DNA of 64,000 nucleotides from Nitrospinaceae bacterium (GTDB lineage: Bacteria; Nitrospinota; Nitrospinia; Nitrospinales; Nitrospinaceae): positions 1 to 64,000 of the forward strand of contig OZ245011.1 of the NCBI GenBank assembly GCA_965223665.1. The letters are read 5' to 3'. Each line of letters opens with the position of its first letter. Positions within the stretch are counted from its first letter, which is position 1. The notes below the pieces were generated by a model. That model ran no database searches, was not told the DNA's origin, and was given only the letters and a program-made list of their open reading frames with translations. Positions 60,001 through 64,000 of the stretch are shown here, in pieces. The translations under genes were made by a program, and so were the position numbers.

Positions 60001-62057
60001 ACCAAAAAGCGTTTCGTTTTCAAAAGCAGGCATTGAAATTAGCAGAAGAGATAGGAGATAAAAGACAACAGGCATTTGTTTATAACACCCTCGGGTTGAT
60101 ATATTGGACCCTAAACGATTCCCCACGCGCCTTGAATAATATGGAGAAAAGCCAAACCCTGGCAGGAGAAATTAATTCCTTAATTGATGTTGCAAGTGCT
60201 TTCAATAATATGGGATTGGTTTATAGAAAAGATAAAAAATATGAAAAATCTATAGAATTTTTTGAAGAAGCTTTAAAACGTGATCTTCAATTAAAATCCA
60301 AATGGGGGCAAGGTTATACCCACCGTAACTTAGGGATTAGTTATTTGCGAATGAAGCTTTTGGTCGAAGCAGAAGAACATTTTTCAAAAGCTATTCGTTT
60401 AAGTGAAGAAATTGGCAATCAAATCAATTTGGTAAAAACAAAACTAGAATTGGGAAACCTATATTTGGAAAAAAATCAATGCGAACAGGCTGTTCCCATT
60501 TTTAAAGCGACTGTGAAGCTTTCGAAAGCTATTAATGTCCCTGAAGTTACCTGGAGGGCGTTGCAAGGGCAGGGAAAATGTTTTGTGAAAACTAATCGTA
60601 AGAAAGAAGCTGTTCCCATTTACAAAGAATCTGTGGCCATAGTCGATAAAATGAGAGCTTCCATCAAAGTGGAAGAGTTTCAAAATGGATTTATTACCGA
60701 TAAGCAGGATCTTTATAAAGAATTAATCATTCTATTGCTTGATAAAGGTGAGGTGGAGGAATCATTTAATTATGCAGAAAGAGCAAAGTCACGAAGTTTT
60801 ATTGATTTGCTTGGAAATCAAAAAATAAATTTAAAGGATTCGGTGAGTCAAGAATTATTCAATAGGTTGAATGAGCAAAAACTAATCATTCATCAAATTG
60901 AAAACCTGTTAGGTCAAACAGAAGAAGAGGAAGAAATTCAGAAAGTTTCCAAAAAGTTAATCCAGGCGAGGAATCGCTATCAGGATTTATTAATTGAAGC
61001 AAAAGAAACAAGTCCCGAAATATCAAGTTTTGTAACTGTAGATTCAATTACTCTTGAAAAATTGAAAACCATAATTGAAAAAGATATGGTTTTAGTCGAA
61101 TATTTGATTACAGATAAAGAGCTTATTGCATGGGTGATTAATGATAAAGATATTCAAGTAGTCCGGACAAAATTAGAAAAGTCCAAATTAGAAAATCTTA
61201 TTATGGATTACCGCACGCGAATTCAAAAATTAGCCCCCTTAGATGATCAATCCATCCAATTATACGATTGGATAATTCGTCCAGTAGAAAAACTTATCTC
61301 AAATTATCGTGTGGTGGGGATTATTCCACAAGGGTATTTGCATTATTTGTCATTCGCTTCTCTGAGCGATAGGAAAGCGTATTTGTTTGAGCGTCATCCT
61401 ATTTTTTATTCTCCCAGTGCTTCAGTGTTAGATTTTACTTTTAAGAGGAAATATAAAAAAGAAGGACCTGTTAAAGTCCTGGCGTTGGGAAACCCGGACT
61501 TGGGAACATTTAATTATGATTTGCCTCTGGCTGAGTTAGAAGCTAAAGCTATTCGTTGGGATTTTCCCGAAGTTACTATTCTTACTAGAGAAGATGCGAC
61601 AGAAAGTTGGTTACAAGAAAATATTCATAAGTACCAAGTCATCCATATTGCTTCCCATGGAGAGTTTGATCCGGTAAATCCTTTATTCTCCGCTCTCAAA
61701 TTAGCAAAAGATAAGGAGTCAGATGGAAACTTCGAAGTGAATGAAGTCTTTTCGCTAAATATTAATGCCGACCTAGTCACCCTAAGTGCTTGCCAAACGG
61801 GTTTAGGAGATATTGTGGGAGGTGATGAGTTGGTGGGTCTGAATAGAGCTTTTATCTATGCAGGGACCCACGCCATCATATCTTCCCTATGGAGAGTGAG
61901 TGATATTTCAACTGCAGTTTTAATCAAGCACTTTTATCGAAACTATACGGAATCAAATAAAGCAGAAAGTCTGCGAAAAGCCCAACTTCTGGTGAAAAGT
62001 TTATATCCTCATCCCGGTTATTGGGCTGCATTTAGTCTCACAGGGGATTATCGATAA
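54012..62057 (+). CDS. giant exported PD40-propeller / TPR / pseudo-CHAT / TPR / CHAT protease
   Basis: Signal peptide; PD40 repeats (PSISQDGK, PSISPDGN, PVWSPDQK); many TPRs; C-terminal CHAT with HIASHG and LSACQTG and terminal HP.YWAAF.L.GD; a degenerate CHAT copy internally. Confidence 0.9.
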   Translation: MIPIRNLTFYTLFLLLLSAFFALPLKAAIPQFTNPAQITTHPADDFAPSISQDGKSLVYVSDRSGNLDLWVKYLVPGIPPPDQQLTFHSSEDNSPSISPDGNFIVFVSNRSDPKGDIYIIPLAKSVNGKESSTRPIKLTNEKTADGDPVWSPDQKFVYFTSEEISTGKKYIYGIEVSTRKRKKISKVEGIQPTLSPSGKYLAFVSQGKEKGLRVQNLKSHSLHKLTLGNYIDLSPKFSLDGKTIYFTRYEDDTNYDGVIDIEDHPNLWKTRLGHSSSKREFQLTDSSTFDLLPIAGNKYVYYTSHRKDGTDIWRLPLQGILPTQSDFGQQLQVVEVLCEDKYYYNCILADSNLSQVFPTEESLARVQYRRARGYQNLKHFKKAKTLYQNVFDSFPNSKKYQGWAEIDLILLDVADSRKKGQAFFKNKNKEALIKLQKIEERYSDQISVVSRAQLERGQIYISLQQFPEALSAFKHVVETYPSYRILSAEAAFSQSKVYSEVGDQKGLINSYVQVVRDYYDVESWSQKSIQTILGIFEEFPTLEKKMVSLQSLIKKYKELPRLASAAQNRIGELLHQANENLLAKEAYEKTIAQFPDTPKEKDKAHFALAQIYAEEENFEISLNQYQLVQSNSDSLKENIQEAKSKFIRQAIEKGNWELNVGETKLALKTFKKLMDFSPQTVEGHRGYIQSHVALKKTNEVIQFYKKKISVSDPLPVHWYSYGLALTYLDPPDLNKSKDSIEKALVKQSNNAFYHQTLGWIFEQKERAEGKRDFLEKSLQEYRTALALNDEEIDPQNEANLLLNLGNGNYLLKNYFSSYRYYDKRYHAKRDFVNADREALFYQRYAESAFKVGFPEQAVDLYKKSLKKISTKKDVSRMAELNDRIALAYQDLGDHSKAVEYFSQSLELNKEINNVTNFSRSLRNIANNLYSLSEKEGVSQQPLNNALGHYFQAIENLEKYGVKEKEKKKGKGLIDIDIETGLDEDASSAALGFDKVGEQKLIFNYIGKIYGDFGDYDRAIDYFERKLQLIPEDLDPKDNIPLLLEKALLLNQLGIFNFHQGQIAKSKDYFKRSYEVSHSIDNRQGLAVNAANIGRLLIDKCRKQPLSTLINEIKETTEFLEKTFQVLDDEKKPLSSPEYRVLLKNYIGVYYYYLGFQIPMDEKKPRDTKVNWKKIFKNSESSIQGDFSYGKKSLEAFQQAYILSLQIKNALGQKLAVALKQNTDVLRNLLGRVSASKNEIKAPSLRADFIKTEWQYKYLKASLQKGQKRLETLFEAEKLLSSRPYGVLLEPGGLGLLQDLYLEIVRSLFKEKRLGNALHYSEKGLRLSLISEFQEISFEFKDEIRRSYFEEIQGFGLDWNGLLQSLRKEEINSDEFREKSQDLYDEYKEFLLSVEEEDLDLVSFVSPKVPTLSKVQSVLGEGQTLIKYQMIREELFVWIISQTSFFGVRLSPKDYFYPIVLRFSEKGQAIRKNELNILSQHLVYPLRKYIKNAKSLIILPFGSLDYLPWSLLKFNGKPLIEEFDLVFANSLDQLVRASDKKNLYNSRFMGFEINENIFNQIRPEFASSKNYIKEKGTVDEFFKGLSQYGVINIDSQTLIDQSNQNNSYISLTNRLNHYERFFLKDLFENKIESHLIALNDTHLKSSSSFISPTTSLIHGLVFVGFPGSLLKIGHVDPKIHDEFLKVFYADLRKSSPSKALRKAQLYLREKFPQSDGWANYRYYGFPGMSKVEKEEFAQTHFESNVSQGAEEFKNQNWEGAISYFEKALALVNYLEDQSSEDQLIKTIVQAAYNRGDYSKGIEYQKKVLTNSQDGEDPEQLAEAHYFLGILYSRAEQYSSSVNHLKQALSIYQEYEILDKLAESYGTLGVVEENALDFDNALKALNASVKINEEIGEDLNRGKELRRIGRVNYLRLNKYAEAQKYFSEANSLFQELNDPEQIAETWLELGLVSEKLGDFSKALGFYKKAELLAEDNNLILQISKSYLYQGNTHWFQGNYQKAFRFQKQALKLAEEIGDKRQQAFVYNTLGLIYWTLNDSPRALNNMEKSQTLAGEINSLIDVASAFNNMGLVYRKDKKYEKSIEFFEEALKRDLQLKSKWGQGYTHRNLGISYLRMKLLVEAEEHFSKAIRLSEEIGNQINLVKTKLELGNLYLEKNQCEQAVPIFKATVKLSKAINVPEVTWRALQGQGKCFVKTNRKKEAVPIYKESVAIVDKMRASIKVEEFQNGFITDKQDLYKELIILLLDKGEVEESFNYAERAKSRSFIDLLGNQKINLKDSVSQELFNRLNEQKLIIHQIENLLGQTEEEEEIQKVSKKLIQARNRYQDLLIEAKETSPEISSFVTVDSITLEKLKTIIEKDMVLVEYLITDKELIAWVINDKDIQVVRTKLEKSKLENLIMDYRTRIQKLAPLDDQSIQLYDWIIRPVEKLISNYRVVGIIPQGYLHYLSFASLSDRKAYLFERHPIFYSPSASVLDFTFKRKYKKEGPVKVLALGNPDLGTFNYDLPLAELEAKAIRWDFPEVTILTREDATESWLQENIHKYQVIHIASHGEFDPVNPLFSALKLAKDKESDGNFEVNEVFSLNINADLVTLSACQTGLGDIVGGDELVGLNRAFIYAGTHAIISSLWRVSDISTAVLIKHFYRNYTESNKAESLRKAQLLVKSLYPHPGYWAAFSLTGDYR

Positions 62058-62066
62058 CTTTAGGAT

Positions 62067-63008
62067 CTATTTGTCTCCAAAAAGTCCCCCTAAAGCATCC
62101 CCTATTTGCTCTGCTCCATCTTCAAGCGCTTCTTTTCCACTACTTACAACGCTTTTAGTTTCCTCGACACTTTTCTCCATGGCTTCTTTCCCAGCTTCCA
62201 CTTGAGAGGTTGCATCATTTACAGCTCCATCAACATCACTTTGACCACCCTTTAGGATATCTCCAACTTTGCCAACCCCTTCCTGAATAGCGTCTTTTGC
62301 GCCACCGACAACGTCAGCTACAGCTTCGCCAACTTTATCAAGGCCTAATGGCGCAACGGCTTTCATGACTGAAGATTTAATAGAGCTAACAATTTGTTTT
62401 GCAACTTCACCAGGTGAGGCACCCTTTTTTTCTTTTCCAATATCTTTTAAATGGATATCTGGTAAAGGAACGGTCATAGATTTACCCTGAAGAAGCGCGG
62501 CACTTACATTGACTTTCCCATCTTTTAAAACAAAATTTTCAATAATAATTTTCTTTCCTTTTTCGTTTGAACTCGAAGGCTCTGAACTTCCGCCTCCAAC
62601 TCCATATTGCGCTAAATAGGCGTCTACATTTTTTTGAATTGCGTCAATATTGCTGTCAGGATCACCGGTCTCGTAAGTAACTTGGGGTGCAATAATGGTA
62701 ATGTCCTTGATTATTACGGGGTCACTCATAATAGAGTCTTTGTCAATTTGTAAACTTATTTCGTTTAATTCTAATAGACTTGGAGTTTTAAAACCGGCAG
62801 GATTCCCTATTTTCAGGCCGTGCATGGAACCTTTACCGGAGGACAAGTCGATTTTTGTTTCATTTAAATGCACATCGGCTTTTAAAACTTCCGATCCCTT
62901 TGAGTTGACTGCTTTGGTAATGAGACTGTCCAGGTTCTGAAAAACAAAAAACATCAGGCCAACAACAATCAAAATTATTAAAACTAATCCTATAAGTAGC
63001 TTTTTCAT
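62067..63008 (-). CDS. AsmA/DUF748-like protein with amphipathic repeat tail
   Basis: N-terminal TM; G..IGNP.GF, SNID.I, and LPDIHLKDIG motifs; acidic Ala/Gly/Val-rich tail ending LGGLFG. Confidence 0.7.
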   Translation of the reverse strand: MKKLLIGLVLIILIVVGLMFFVFQNLDSLITKAVNSKGSEVLKADVHLNETKIDLSSGKGSMHGLKIGNPAGFKTPSLLELNEISLQIDKDSIMSDPVIIKDITIIAPQVTYETGDPDSNIDAIQKNVDAYLAQYGVGGGSSEPSSSNEKGKKIIIENFVLKDGKVNVSAALLQGKSMTVPLPDIHLKDIGKEKKGASPGEVAKQIVSSIKSSVMKAVAPLGLDKVGEAVADVVGGAKDAIQEGVGKVGDILKGGQSDVDGAVNDATSQVEAGKEAMEKSVEETKSVVSSGKEALEDGAEQIGDALGGLFGDK

Positions 63009-63085
63009 GAACGTCCCTCCTAATTTGGGATCTTAAAATTTATTGGGATATATTTATAATGCCCAGCAAGTTTAAAAGGGAAACT

Positions 63086-63751
63086 TTAAAGTTGCTCAGC
63101 TTTTGGATAAACTTGGCCGGCTTCAAGGATAACCCATTTCTCTGAAGTATCCCCAATGACAAGGTCTAGATTATCATATAAATGGACTAAATCTAGAATT
63201 TCTGTAGGAAGATTTAAACGGACCGGATCTTCGTTATTATGCCCCTTTAAGTAAATATATTTATTGTCAATTTTAATTACTGAAAACATATCACTAAGGG
63301 TATCTATTATTTGGGGTGGATCATCAAGAGTTTTCAGAGTTTCTTCATCTAGAAAATGGCTTAACTTAAGACAGCGCTCCTGCGATTTTGTTAGATTATT
63401 TACCAAGGATTGATAATCAATTTCATCTAATCCGTGGGGAACACCTCTTTTCTTTAGCCAACGGAAAAATAAAAATATATCAAACAGAACTGAATTCGTT
63501 TCTTCTTTTGTTGTGATCGAATTGAAGGGTAAAAAGCCAACTACAAATCGACTTATATGACAGGGCTTTATGTCAGTAGCAAGGCTAACTAACCTGCGTT
63601 CACCCGTTTCTTCGGCATATTCCAAGCCAGCTTCGATTAAGCACGATTGTAAAAGTGCCAGACTTTTCCCTAATTCAGGGCAAGGTAATTCAAACTCTGG
63701 TGGCAAGGCGGTTTCTTGCGCATAATCTGACATTAAGGTGTAAAGATGCAT
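63086..63751 (-). CDS. hypothetical protein
   Basis: Long ORF; ATG at 63751 lies 2 nt after the upstream stop and avoids overlap; ends W.ILEAGQVYP. Confidence 0.7.
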   Translation of the reverse strand: MHLYTLMSDYAQETALPPEFELPCPELGKSLALLQSCLIEAGLEYAEETGERRLVSLATDIKPCHISRFVVGFLPFNSITTKEETNSVLFDIFLFFRWLKKRGVPHGLDEIDYQSLVNNLTKSQERCLKLSHFLDEETLKTLDDPPQIIDTLSDMFSVIKIDNKYIYLKGHNNEDPVRLNLPTEILDLVHLYDNLDLVIGDTSEKWVILEAGQVYPKAEQL

Positions 63752-63753
63752 AG

Positions 63754-64000
63754 TTATGGATTGACCAATTTTTTTGATGCCAAACAATCTTTCAACGCTT
63801 CTAAAAAATTTTGGAACTCTTCTTTTTGGATATCTCCTATGTTTGCGACTCTGAATATTTGTTCACTCAGACCACCTTGCCCCGCATAAATGACAAATCC
63901 TCTTTGTCGAAGTCCATCATGTAATTCCTCATAATTGATGTCCTTTGGTAATTTTAATGAGGTTAGCACATTGGATAAAAGAGATTCTGGTACAAAAAAT
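63754..64000 (-). CDS. C-terminal part of a class V PLP aminotransferase (PhnW-like), truncated by the window edge
   Basis: SNVLTSL.LP....YEELHD.L..RGFVIYAGQG.L....FR.ANIGDI; the frame stays open to the window edge. Confidence 0.72.
   Translation of the reverse strand, partial: FFVPESLLSNVLTSLKLPKDINYEELHDGLRQRGFVIYAGQGGLSEQIFRVANIGDIQKEEFQNFLEALKDCLASKKLVNP

Noticed and set aside
1959-62940. Numerous 60-150 aa ORFs antisense to or nested in long genes (e.g. 2228-2671, 20900-21250, 42210-42533, 46847-47233, 62695-62940)
   Set aside because: Shadow ORFs of well-supported genes, with no RBS or family motifs.

Overview
AT-rich bacterial chromosomal window of mostly housekeeping and envelope genes. 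Gene content and order suggest a Gram-negative, flagellated organism, possibly Nitrospinota or a deltaproteobacterium-like lineage (inference only). Recognisable core genes: tRNA-Gly(GCC) and tRNA-Cys(GCA), plsY, a sigma-70 factor, bamD, exbB/exbD, apeB-type M18 aminopeptidase, glnS and gltX (convergent), recG, rel, rpmB, flgM (sigma-28 plus sigma-70 promoters), thpR-recA-recX-pilD, an MscS channel, dtd, an orphan nuoN and a truncated PhnW-like aminotransferase. I found no integrase, transposase, prophage or CRISPR array. The most unusual object is a 2681-aa exported protein (54012-62057): signal peptide, PD40/TolB-like propeller, TPRs, a catalytically dead CHAT domain, more TPRs, then an intact His-Cys CHAT (caspase-fold) protease. 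It looks like an internally duplicated periplasmic pseudoprotease/protease. Other leads: four unannotated membrane microproteins missed by the ORF track (three near DUF420/HmuY with opposing promoters, one behind the FGE gene), a di-heme-c FGE/SUMF1 fusion, an endonuclease I homolog lacking its catalytic His, a GacA/UvrY-like two-component system next to a GacA-box-like palindrome and two secreted proteins, tandem TMTC-like glycosyltransferases, and a radical SAM protein with a non-canonical Cys motif.
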